A DNA stretch of 64,000 bases, from contig CP181291.1 of NCBI GenBank assembly GCA_052279835.1, positions 1-64,000 of the forward strand, in the 5' to 3' direction. Origin of the DNA: Microcoleus sp. (lineage in GTDB: Bacteria; Cyanobacteriota; Cyanobacteriia; Cyanobacteriales; Microcoleaceae). The translations under genes and the position numbers were made by a program. The notes under the pieces were generated by a model that worked only from the letters and a program-made list of their open reading frames with translations, did no database searches and had not been told where the DNA came from. Of the stretch, positions 52,829 to 61,915 are shown piece after piece (positions within the stretch are counted from its first letter, which is position 1; each line of letters begins with the position of its first letter).

Positions 52829-53905
52829 ATGAAGGAAAAATTTGTTGGTAGTCTACTAGCTGTCCTCTTAGTTCCTGCGGTAGGAACGGCATCATCTTGT
52901 CACGCACAAGCAACTGATACTTCCAGGCAAAACTTTCAGGAAAACAAGCAAGTAGTTTTGACCCAACCGTCCCCGCAGTTAAACACGACTCGGGTCGAAG
53001 CAGAAAAAGTTGGACAATATCAGTACCAAGCAAGGGCTGACATTGAACAAAACTCGATCGCCAAAATTCAGTCCCACGAATTGGAAGGGCGACAAGCAGC
53101 GACAGTATACGTGCGGAACATTCCAGTCATCACATTTCTGAACACGAGTCCAGAAGCGAATACCAAAAACACAGAGACTGGCAAAAGTTATGTAAATGCC
53201 ACCAGTCAGTTGAAAGTAGTCGGCCAGAGAGAAAATCGGTCTGACACCAAAAAATCCAGCAATTCCAGCGACCAAGAAACCGACCCACTGTGGCGGGCGT
53301 CAAGCTTAGCAGCAAGACTCAATCAGTTGGCCCGCAACAACGTGGACCCAAACAGCATTACCGTCAAGTGGGAAAAAGGCAATCGCTACCTGATCCAGGC
53401 AAACGGCGAGGACTTGGTAAACATTAACGCCGAAACCATCCTCCCGGATACCACCAGCGACTTCAGCCTAGATGCCTTACAAGCAACCAATCGCCTCCGC
53501 AGGCTCCTGGGTAACGCCCCACCGCTCCAAGAAGTCATCGGCAAGCCCCAACCTGAAAGCCCCGTGCTTTCCCTAGGCCCAGTTCAAGTTCGGATCAATG
53601 GCTGGGCATCCTGGTACGGCCCAGGCTTTGACGGCAACCTCAGCGCCAGTGGCGAGCGATTCAACCAAAATGATTTGACCGCAGCCCACCGGAACTTGCC
53701 CTTCGGAACTCTACTAATGGTAAGAAATCTCGACAACGGCCGTACCGTCGTCGTCCGCATCAATGACCGAGGCCCCTATGTGGGCGATCGAGTGATTGAC
53801 TTGTCCGCAGGCGCAGCCAGCGTGCTCGGCATGATGGGCAGTGGCGTAGCTCCGGTGGAAATTGAAGTCATAGCACCAAAGCCACGAGCAACTGTTGGAC
53901 GTTAA
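52829..53905 (+). CDS. rlpA: Septal ring lytic transglycosylase RlpA family
   Basis: Signal peptide; ASWYGPGF...TAAHRNLPFGT...RINDRGP...IDLS. Confidence 0.9.
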   Translation: MKEKFVGSLLAVLLVPAVGTASSCHAQATDTSRQNFQENKQVVLTQPSPQLNTTRVEAEKVGQYQYQARADIEQNSIAKIQSHELEGRQAATVYVRNIPVITFLNTSPEANTKNTETGKSYVNATSQLKVVGQRENRSDTKKSSNSSDQETDPLWRASSLAARLNQLARNNVDPNSITVKWEKGNRYLIQANGEDLVNINAETILPDTTSDFSLDALQATNRLRRLLGNAPPLQEVIGKPQPESPVLSLGPVQVRINGWASWYGPGFDGNLSASGERFNQNDLTAAHRNLPFGTLLMVRNLDNGRTVVVRINDRGPYVGDRVIDLSAGAASVLGMMGSGVAPVEIEVIAPKPRATVGR

Positions 53906-53953
53906 ACCCTACTGTAAGGCACAATACAGACGAATGCCTTCAGGAGTGTATCC

Positions 53954-55543
53954 GTGCGCCTGTTTACTACCATTGCAGCCCTAGGCTGCTACTTAAATTC
54001 ACAAAAATCTGTAGCATCCCATGTACAAATCGGTTTAGTGCCGACGATGGGAGCTTTACACAGCGGCCATTTGAGCTTGATCCAGCGGGCCAGACAAGAA
54101 AATGCGATCGTCGTGGTCAGCATCTTTGTCAACCCGCTGCAATTTGGGCCCAAGGAGGATTTTCAAGACTATCCTCGCAATTTGGAACAAGACCGGCTGC
54201 TATGCCAAGAAGCTGGAGTTGATGTAATTTTTGCTCCCTCAGAAGTGGAAATGTTCGGGGATTCGGGCATCGAGACAGGCAACTCAGGAGCCCAGACTCC
54301 TGCGGTGACAGTGATTGACCTTTCATCCTTGACTCAAGTTGTCCCACCACCGGCGATGACATCGGTTTTGTGTGGCAAGTCCAGGCCTGGTCATTTTCAG
54401 GGCGTAGCAGCCATCGTCACTAAACTTTTGAGTTTGGTGCAGCCGACAAGAGCTTATTTTGGTCAAAAAGACGCCCAGCAAGTAGCAATTATCCGAAAAC
54501 TGGTCGCCGATTTTAACTTGCCTGTAGAGATTATTGCTTGTCCGATCGTCCGTGAAGCTTCGGGACTAGCCCTGAGCTCTCGCAATCAATATTTAACACC
54601 AGAGCAAAAACAGCAAGCTGGCATACTCTACCGCGCTCTACAGCAAGGGTGGAAAACCTTCTGTGGGGGCGATCGCACTGCGGAGGCGACACTGGCGGCG
54701 GTAAAAGCAGAATTTGCCCTTGAGCCATCAGTCTCCCTAGAGTATGCTGAACTGGTCAATCCCCACACTCTCGCACCATTGGCAGTTGTGGAAACGGCGG
54801 GACTTTTAGCCGTGGCCGCCAGCATCGGCTCTACTCGGTTGATTGACAATATAATTATCAGGAATCGTCGGCCAATTGTGGCGATCGACGGACCAGCCGG
54901 CGCTGGCAAATCTACAGTTACCAGACAAGTCGCCCAAGCTCTGGGTCTGTGTTATCTAGATACAGGGGCGATGTATCGAGCTGTGACGTGGCTGGTGATG
55001 ACTACCAACACTCCCATTGGCGATGAATTGGCGATCGCCGAATTAGTCAATTCCAGTTATTTGGAATACAACCTTGACCCTTCATCTTTGACATTGAAGA
55101 TTAACGGCGAAGACGTCACCGAGGCAATTCGTAGTTTGGAGGTGACAGCCCGCGTCTCGGAAATTGCGGCTTTGCCTGCCGTGCGACAATTTTTGGTGAA
55201 ACAGCAGCGGCTTTGCGGCAAAGCAGGCGGAATTGTGGCAGAAGGTCGTGATATAGGTACTAATGTGTTTCCCGATGCGGAACTGAAGATTTTTTTAACC
55301 GCTTCGGTACAAGAGCGATCGCGCCGACGGCTATTACAACTCAATGATACCGATCGGGCTAAAACCAGTTTGGAACAGTTGGAACGGGACATCGCCCTGC
55401 GAGACGAAAAGGATAGTACCCGCGAGGTGTCCCCTTTGCGTAAAGCGGCTGATGCTGTGGAAATTCAAACAGACGGTTTGAGTATTGCCGAAGCGATCGA
55501 TCGGATTGTCGGGTTATACAAAGAGAGGATAGGGAATAATTAA
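53954..55543 (+). CDS. panC: Bifunctional pantoate-beta-alanine ligase / cytidylate kinase (panC-cmk)
   Basis: PTMGALHSGH, FGQKD and LALSSRN; then AIDGPAGAGKST, DTGAMYR and EGRDIG. Confidence 0.95.
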   Translation: MRLFTTIAALGCYLNSQKSVASHVQIGLVPTMGALHSGHLSLIQRARQENAIVVVSIFVNPLQFGPKEDFQDYPRNLEQDRLLCQEAGVDVIFAPSEVEMFGDSGIETGNSGAQTPAVTVIDLSSLTQVVPPPAMTSVLCGKSRPGHFQGVAAIVTKLLSLVQPTRAYFGQKDAQQVAIIRKLVADFNLPVEIIACPIVREASGLALSSRNQYLTPEQKQQAGILYRALQQGWKTFCGGDRTAEATLAAVKAEFALEPSVSLEYAELVNPHTLAPLAVVETAGLLAVAASIGSTRLIDNIIIRNRRPIVAIDGPAGAGKSTVTRQVAQALGLCYLDTGAMYRAVTWLVMTTNTPIGDELAIAELVNSSYLEYNLDPSSLTLKINGEDVTEAIRSLEVTARVSEIAALPAVRQFLVKQQRLCGKAGGIVAEGRDIGTNVFPDAELKIFLTASVQERSRRRLLQLNDTDRAKTSLEQLERDIALRDEKDSTREVSPLRKAADAVEIQTDGLSIAEAIDRIVGLYKERIGNN

Positions 55544-55550
55544 TAGTCTT

Positions 55551-55710
55551 TGGGAATTGGGAATTGGGAATTGAGAATTGGGATTAGAGAATTGTCAACA
55601 TACCTCACCGTCCTTGGATGGTCATTGGTTCCTGGACGCTTTAATAACCCAATTTCTCCGCCAGAACTCCTCCCAATTCCCGATTCCTAATTCTCCATTC
55701 CCCATTCCCA
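55551..55710. repeat. Short tandem heptamer repeats (STRR-like) in inverted arrangement
   Basis: (TGGGAAT)n at 55551-55592 and complementary (ATTCCCA/ATTCCCC)n at about 55672-55710. Confidence 0.7.
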
Positions 55711-55756
55711 CTTAAAATCTAAAATTAACTCTGTAAGGTGTCAAGGAGATAAAAAC

Positions 55757-56692
55757 GTGGAAAACTTCAAACGGCTGTTTAGGCGGCGAAAAACTTTGAT
55801 CGTTGCTTTTATAGCCGCCTTGGGTAGTTTTGTAATGGGCGTGACGTTGCCGATGAACTCGCGAGGAAATCAGCCAGCGTCGCTATCGCAGGCGCAACTG
55901 GTGACAGCATCCCAGTCACAAGTACAACAGTCGAAATCTATTGTTAATAATTTGAAACAGTCGATCGCCGAGAGAGTAGAGTTTTCCGAAAACACTCTAG
56001 ATCGGTTGCAGAAAGTCCGTTTTAACTCTTCCCTACCGTCCAAGTTTAAGGGTACAACCCTGCGTCAAGCAAAACTAGACTCCCGGCAAAAGGCGATCGC
56101 CCTGACATTTGACGACGGTCCCTGGCCGACAACAACTGTACAAATCCTCGATATTCTCAAACAAAACAATATTAAAGGGACTTTCTTCTGGGTAGGAAGA
56201 TACCTACAAGTTTATCCAGAACTAGGGAAAAAAGTTGCTCAGGCTGGTCATGCGATCGGCAACCACACTTGGAACCACCAATACATTAAGTATAACGAAG
56301 AGGGTGCCGCGCGCGAGATCGATCGCACGACCTCGTTAATTGAGGAATTAACAGGCATCAGAACATATATGTTCCGCCCACCGGGAGGTATTTTAAACAA
56401 TGGATTAGCAGCTTATGCTCAAAAGAAAAATTATACAGTTGTGATGTGGTCTGCTGATTCTTTAGATTGGCGCACTGCTACGCAATCCTTGATGGAAAAT
56501 GTGATGCGGCAGGCAAATTCCGGCGGTATTGTCCTGATGCACGACGGCGGTGGTAATCGATCCAAGACTGTGGAAGCTTTGCCCAATATTATTGCTAAAT
56601 TAAAAAAAGAAGGGTACACATTTGTAACAGTTCCAGAATTGTTGGAGATGGAAGCAAAAAACTTGAAACAGCAGGAAACAGCACAGAAATAA
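55757..56692 (+). CDS. Polysaccharide deacetylase (NodB/CE4)
   Basis: LTFDDGP, GNHTWNH, FRPPGG, DW and LMHD. Confidence 0.93.
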   Translation: MENFKRLFRRRKTLIVAFIAALGSFVMGVTLPMNSRGNQPASLSQAQLVTASQSQVQQSKSIVNNLKQSIAERVEFSENTLDRLQKVRFNSSLPSKFKGTTLRQAKLDSRQKAIALTFDDGPWPTTTVQILDILKQNNIKGTFFWVGRYLQVYPELGKKVAQAGHAIGNHTWNHQYIKYNEEGAAREIDRTTSLIEELTGIRTYMFRPPGGILNNGLAAYAQKKNYTVVMWSADSLDWRTATQSLMENVMRQANSGGIVLMHDGGGNRSKTVEALPNIIAKLKKEGYTFVTVPELLEMEAKNLKQQETAQK

Positions 56693-56827
56693 CCAAAGGG
56701 GAAAAAAGTCTTCTTACAATATTCTTAGAAAAGCAATCCCAAATGCCTTGTGCGATGGGATAGAGAGCTGCGTAGTTCAGCCAAGGCGGGTTAATCCGCT
56801 CAAAGTAAAAGCGAAAGGGGGAGGGAC

Positions 56828-57006
56828 TTGAAGCCTCCCATGTCTATAAATGACTATACTTTTGCCAGCTATACGAAATTTCACCTTCAGGCTATTTGAG
56901 TGGCTAGAGGGATAGTTGAATGCGATGCAGGCTCAGCTTCGCCTAAGTGTCCCGTGGTCAGCTTGGTGAGCCATAATCCCCCGCCCAAGGAGGTGGGGAG
57001 ATTCAA
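56828..57006 (+). mobile_element. Non-autonomous IS200/IS605-like remnant
   Basis: Starts TTGAAGCCTCCCA (left-end-like) and ends AATCCCCCGCC...GGTGGGGAGATTCAA (right-end hairpin + TCAA). Confidence 0.45.
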
Positions 57007-57292
57007 AAAGGAAAGCTTTTTAGATTTGCTCACAGGTAGTCGTGGTAGAATTCACTATGGTACTGCAAGATCTGTGTTTCGGACTGGAGCAGGTCGAGCG
57101 GCATCAAGCTCAATTGCAAGCTGTATTTCTACTTTTGAAACCCTTGCTCCTCAAGTTAAGCTTCGATCGGGGAGATTGCCCTGAATGAAGCCTGTGCGAT
57201 CTGCTATGGGGGCGAAGCAGCGAAAACTCGTCCAACAGTCCAAATGTCTGCCGACATTCCAACTCTCGATCGCAGTTTGTGAATTGTTCCCA

Positions 57293-57438
57293 CAGTACCT
57301 TGGGGCACAAGGAAACTGGCTTAGTTACTAAGCATCACGCTTGGGGAGATTTGCCCACTACTTCTAGTGTCGATCGATGTTAGAAGCAAGGTAAGTCACT
57401 GAACCAAGAATCTCATCTTTAAGGGATGAGAATGTCAA
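57293..57438 (+). mobile_element. Orphan IS605 tnpB 3' end / omega-RNA scaffold remnant
   Basis: CAGTACC.TGGGGCAC..GGAAAC...ACGCTTGGGGAGATTTGCCC...TGAACCAAGAATC(hairpin)...GTCAA matches the layout of cyanobacterial tnpB right ends. No tnpB ORF. Confidence 0.6.
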
Positions 57439-57479
57439 TTAATGTTACTCTCAAATATCCTCAAAAATTTGAATAACAA

Positions 57480-57965
57480 ATGAGCGTAGTTAGCCAATTA
57501 ATTCTCCAAGCCGACGACGAACTTCGTTATCCGAGTACCGGCGAACTTCAAAGTATCAATGATTTTTTTAAAACGGGGGAACAGCGGGTACGCATTGCTA
57601 CTGCGCTTTCTGACAGTGAAAGAAAAATTGTTGATGAAGCTAGCAAAAAACTCTGGAAAAAACGCCCGGATTTTATTTCCCCTGGAGGTAATGCTTACGG
57701 TCAACGGGAACGGGCTTTGTGTCTGCGTGACTACGGCTGGTATTTGCGCCTGATTACCTATGGTATTTTGGCGGGAGACAAGGAACCCATCGAAAGCATC
57801 GGTTTGATTGGGGTTCGGGAAATGTACAATTCTCTGGGCGTTCCAGTTCCAGGGATGGTGGAAGCAATCCGCTGTTTGAAGGAAGCTTCTTTGGCTTTGC
57901 TCAATCAGGAGGATGCGAAGGAAGCTGCTCCTTATTTTGATTATATCGCTCAGGCAATGTCTTAA
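57480..57965 (+). CDS. apcD: Allophycocyanin-B alpha subunit
   Basis: [19 protein letters not shown]...PGGNAYG...[15 protein letters not shown]. Confidence 0.95.
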   Translation: MSVVSQLILQADDELRYPSTGELQSINDFFKTGEQRVRIATALSDSERKIVDEASKKLWKKRPDFISPGGNAYGQRERALCLRDYGWYLRLITYGILAGDKEPIESIGLIGVREMYNSLGVPVPGMVEAIRCLKEASLALLNQEDAKEAAPYFDYIAQAMS

Positions 57966-58242
57966 TTGCTTTTGTGGCAGAGGTGGCGGAGCATTTACGC
58001 GTGATTTTGGGGTAAATTTGTCTCGCAATTGCTCGTAAATGTTTCGCTTCTATTTTGTTGGCAAAGCGTGCTGAATTTCTATATTGTTAGCTGTTTTGAA
58101 ATGGAAATCTTTACGAGTATCAGCTACTTTTTTATGCTGTTTGCCTAATTTGACAAGGGCTTTTTTACGCCTATTACTTCTTTTTCCCAAACTTCAACTT
58201 CAAAAGAGTTCCGGTTTCTTCAAGAAGCCGGAACTCTGAACT

Positions 58243-58885
58243 TTAACTTTTTTTGCGAGCAACAATGTGAAAAATATGCCAGTATTTTTCCTCACCGATC
58301 GCCGTTACTCCCGGATGTTCTTCCTCATCCAACCACTCAACCTCAAAGGGTTTCAGGAGTGCTTCAACTTCTTGCCGAGTGTGATGAGTGCGATCGGGAT
58401 AAACAGTCCAAGAGTCGCGCTCGCCAAACAATTGAGCGCAGAAAAACCCTCCAGGATTGAGCGATTTCACGATCGTTTGCCAAAGATGGGGGAAAGCTGC
58501 GGGCGGACAAAAAGGCAGGCAAAAGCTGGCATTGATTAGATCGATCGCCGGGGGTAAAGTCAAGGTTTCAAAACGCATCAATTGAGTTTCCAGCAAATCG
58601 CGGTCGATCGGACGATCGAGCAGATGATCGAATGCTTTTTGTTCTCCATCAATCGCTAAAACCCGCCAGCCCCGACGCAGTAGTTCCACCGTATCCCGTC
58701 CATCACCGCAGCCTAAATCTACAGCAAACCCTGTAGGGGCGATGCCAAGAGTGCCCGCCCTTTTGGCCTTTCTCAAAAATTTCTAGTCCTTTCAGCAAAG
58801 TTTCGCGCGGCGGGCGACCTATTACCGCTTGATAGTAAGTCGCCCAATTGGGTCCAGAGTCGTGAGAATTAGTGGTTTGAGTCAT
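58243..58885 (-). pseudogene. Class I SAM methyltransferase with a +1 frameshift
   Basis: The N-terminus (W..YY....GRPPRETLL) and the AVDLGCGDGRD domain are in different frames. Length 643 = 3n+1; the shift lies within a REP at 58733-58761. Confidence 0.75.
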
Positions 58886-59119
58886 GCTTAGGCGATCGCT
58901 AATTCTGCGTGAGTTTGACAATTTTTAGGACAAACTCTAGCACAAGCTTCACAGCCAACGCAATTATCTGCATTGACGATGAAGAGAGGATTTTATATGA
59001 CCACCCCGTCAGGGGATTAATTATGACTGCGTTCAATCCGACATTCCGCGATCGCCAGAATCAGTTAAGGTGGCATATGTAGGATGTGCTTTCATTAGTA
59101 TCTTTATTCATCGATTATT

Positions 59120-59914
59120 ATGAAAAAACGTCTAATTACTTTTTTCAGCAGTCTGCTTGTCACCCTCATACTGTCTGCTGGTTTAAATATAGTTTCGTCC
59201 CTACCAGCAGAGGCTCAATCGACAACACTTTTAATTGGGGCTGCCGCGAGTTTGCAGAATGCGCTAGAGGAACTCGATCCCATTTTTGAGAAAGCCAATT
59301 CTGGTGTCGCTGTCAACTACAATTTTGCAGCATCAGGCCCTTTGCAACAGCAAATTGCACAGGGTGCACCCGTCGATTTCTTTATTTCTGCTGCAACTTT
59401 GCAGATGGACAAACTGCAAAACGAAAATCTGATCCTGAACGATACCCGCCACAATCTCTTGACCAATAATCTGGTTTTGATCGTGCCTAATAACTCCGCT
59501 TTGGGATTAACTAACTTTCGCCAGTTAACCAATTCTAATGTTAGGAAAATTTCCATCGGTGAGCCGCGCAGTGTTCCTGCTGGACGGTATGCCGCAGAAT
59601 TATTCAGTAAATTGGGAATAACCGAGCAAGTGCGCTCAAAGTTGGTTTACGGCAACTCAGTTCGCAGCGTCTTGGGTGCGGTGGAAAGCGGTAATGCTGA
59701 TGCAGGAGTTGTTTATGTGACAGATGCAAAAATTTCAAATCAAGTTAAGCAAGTCGCAACGGCACCGAGTAACTTACACTCACCGATTGTTTATCCCATC
59801 GCAGTCATTAAGGCAAGTCGAAATCAGCAATCTGCCCGCGCTTACGTTCAATTTTTAAGAACAAGACAAACTCAAGACATCTTCAAGAAATACGGATTTG
59901 GAATAGCTGAATGA
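59120..59914 (+). CDS. modA: Molybdate ABC transporter substrate-binding protein
   Basis: AAASL, NFAASG.L.QQI.QGAP.D.FISA, VPAGRYA, DAGVVY.TD and PIVYP. Confidence 0.93.
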   Translation: MKKRLITFFSSLLVTLILSAGLNIVSSLPAEAQSTTLLIGAAASLQNALEELDPIFEKANSGVAVNYNFAASGPLQQQIAQGAPVDFFISAATLQMDKLQNENLILNDTRHNLLTNNLVLIVPNNSALGLTNFRQLTNSNVRKISIGEPRSVPAGRYAAELFSKLGITEQVRSKLVYGNSVRSVLGAVESGNADAGVVYVTDAKISNQVKQVATAPSNLHSPIVYPIAVIKASRNQQSARAYVQFLRTRQTQDIFKKYGFGIAE

Positions 59915-59924
59915 GGCTGCTGCT

Positions 59925-61775
59925 ATGTCTACGGATCTATCCCCCCTCTGGATTTCTCTCAAAACGGCTGGAATTGCAACCATTGCCACATTTTTTCTCG
60001 GTACTGCTGCGGCTTATTGGATGTTGGGCTATCGCGGTAAATGGAAATCATTGATTGAAGTAATTCTAATTTCGCCGCTGATTTTGCCACCTACTGTGGT
60101 GGGTTTTTTACTGCTGTTACTATTTGGCAGAAATGGTCCGATCGGACACTTGATGCAGCAATTTGACTTGACGATTATCTTTACTTGGTATGCCGCAGTA
60201 GTGGCGGCAACGGTTGTTTCATTTCCCCTGATGTACAAAACAGCATTGGGGGCGTTTGAACAAATAGACAGTAGTTTACTGCAAGTAGCCAGAACTTTGG
60301 GAGCTTCTCAAAGGCGCGTTTTTTTTCAGATTCTATTGCCCTTGGCTGCACCCGGACTTGTGGCAGGAATTACCCTCGCATTTGCACGAGCATTGGGAGA
60401 ATTTGGAGCAACCTTAATGCTGGCGGGCAATATTCCCGGACAAACGCAAACCATGCCCATGGCTATCTATTTTGCGGTGGAAGCTGGAGAAATGAATGAG
60501 GCTTGGTTCTGGGCAATTTCTATTTTAATGCTCTCGCTGTCGGGAATAATAGCTGTGAACCTTTGGCAGCAGCGCTACGAACGCAAAAGACAGCAAATGC
60601 AAGCAGGGATGCTCGAAGCAAATGAGCCTGTAAATCGGGGCGGAAAACGCACGCAGCCGGCTCGTTTAGGGCATTCCATGCAACGGCAACTGCCAACTTC
60701 AACTGCCGGATTGCTCGTCGATATTAAACAACAATTATCGAACTTTCAACTCGACACGGCTTTTACAGCACAGCAAGAAACTTTAGGGATACTCGGCGGA
60801 TCGGGTTCGGGTAAAAGCATGACTCTCCGCTGTATTGCCGGTGTGGATACGCCTGGGAAAGGGCGAATAGTCTTGAATGGTCGATCGCTCTTTGATTCTG
60901 ACAAAAACATTAACCTACCCAGCCACAAAAGAAATGTGAGTTTGGTGTTTCAAAATTATGCGCTGTTTCCCCACATGACAGTTGCTCAAAATATTGCCTT
61001 TGGGTTGCAGCATCTGCCAAAAGCAATGTGTCAGCAGCGAGTCGATCGACAGTTGGCTGGAGTGCAAATGCAGGGGTTGGGCGATCGCTATCCGCACCAA
61101 CTTTCGGGGGGACAACAACAGCGGGTAGCGCTGGCGAGGGCCTTAGCAACTGAACCGGAATTGCTGCTGTTGGACGAGCCTTTTTCAGCGCTAGATACCT
61201 ATCTCCGCAGTCAAATGGAGCGGCAGCTTGTGGAAAATTTAGCAACTTACCGCGGCATTACGTTATTTGTGACTCACAACCTGGAGGAGGCTTACCGAAT
61301 TTGTGAAAATCTGATGGTGATGTCGGCGGGAAAAGCGATCGCCTATAACTCGAAACATCAGATTTTTGAGCATCCAAAAACGGTTCGCATTGCTCAACTT
61401 ACGGGCTGTAAAAACTTTTCCCGTGCGGTGGTGCAGGGATCTAATTTAGTAGCAGCAACCGATTGGGGAATTACTTTGCAAGCGCTAGAAGCCCTGGACG
61501 ATCGGTTCACCGATATTGGCATTCGCGCCCACCAAATTAGCATCACTAGCAATCCCGATCTTGATAATACCTATCCTTGTTGGTTGGCTGCCACCAGCGA
61601 AACGCCGCACCGGATGACGCTGTTTCTCAAATTCAACGGAATACCCGCAGGCGGACAGGATTACCACGTGCAAGCCGAAGTCTTTAAAGAAAACTGGCAC
61701 GACATCAAAGATCGGCCTTTTCCCTGGTACGTGCGGCTCGATCCCGCCCGGTTGATATTGATGGTGGATGGTTAA
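59925..61775 (+). CDS. modB: Fused molybdate ABC permease/ATPase (ModBC)
   Basis: PLILPPTVVG and FARALGEFGAT; then GGSGSGKS, LSGGQQQR and LLLDEPF. Confidence 0.92.
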   Translation: MSTDLSPLWISLKTAGIATIATFFLGTAAAYWMLGYRGKWKSLIEVILISPLILPPTVVGFLLLLLFGRNGPIGHLMQQFDLTIIFTWYAAVVAATVVSFPLMYKTALGAFEQIDSSLLQVARTLGASQRRVFFQILLPLAAPGLVAGITLAFARALGEFGATLMLAGNIPGQTQTMPMAIYFAVEAGEMNEAWFWAISILMLSLSGIIAVNLWQQRYERKRQQMQAGMLEANEPVNRGGKRTQPARLGHSMQRQLPTSTAGLLVDIKQQLSNFQLDTAFTAQQETLGILGGSGSGKSMTLRCIAGVDTPGKGRIVLNGRSLFDSDKNINLPSHKRNVSLVFQNYALFPHMTVAQNIAFGLQHLPKAMCQQRVDRQLAGVQMQGLGDRYPHQLSGGQQQRVALARALATEPELLLLDEPFSALDTYLRSQMERQLVENLATYRGITLFVTHNLEEAYRICENLMVMSAGKAIAYNSKHQIFEHPKTVRIAQLTGCKNFSRAVVQGSNLVAATDWGITLQALEALDDRFTDIGIRAHQISITSNPDLDNTYPCWLAATSETPHRMTLFLKFNGIPAGGQDYHVQAEVFKENWHDIKDRPFPWYVRLDPARLILMVDG

Positions 61776-61851
61776 ACAGTTGACAGTTGAGAGTTGAGAG
61801 TTAGTAGGGGCCGTGTGCCCGCCCTCTTAGTTGACAGTTGACAGTTGACAG
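61776..61851. repeat. (CAGTTGA)n heptamer repeats with an embedded REP
   Basis: Tandem heptamers around GTAGGGGCCGTGTGCCCGCCCT. Confidence 0.7.
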
Positions 61852-61915
61852 CATAGATTTTTAGGCTGCGCCATTACGAAGTGAAACCTAACGTCTTTGG
61901 TATTCAAATTACCAA

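Noticed and set aside
56900..57310. ORFs 56900-57184 and 57110-57310 as TnpB fragments
   Set aside because: No RuvC or zinc-finger motifs (such as CxxC or DxNAA) are visible.
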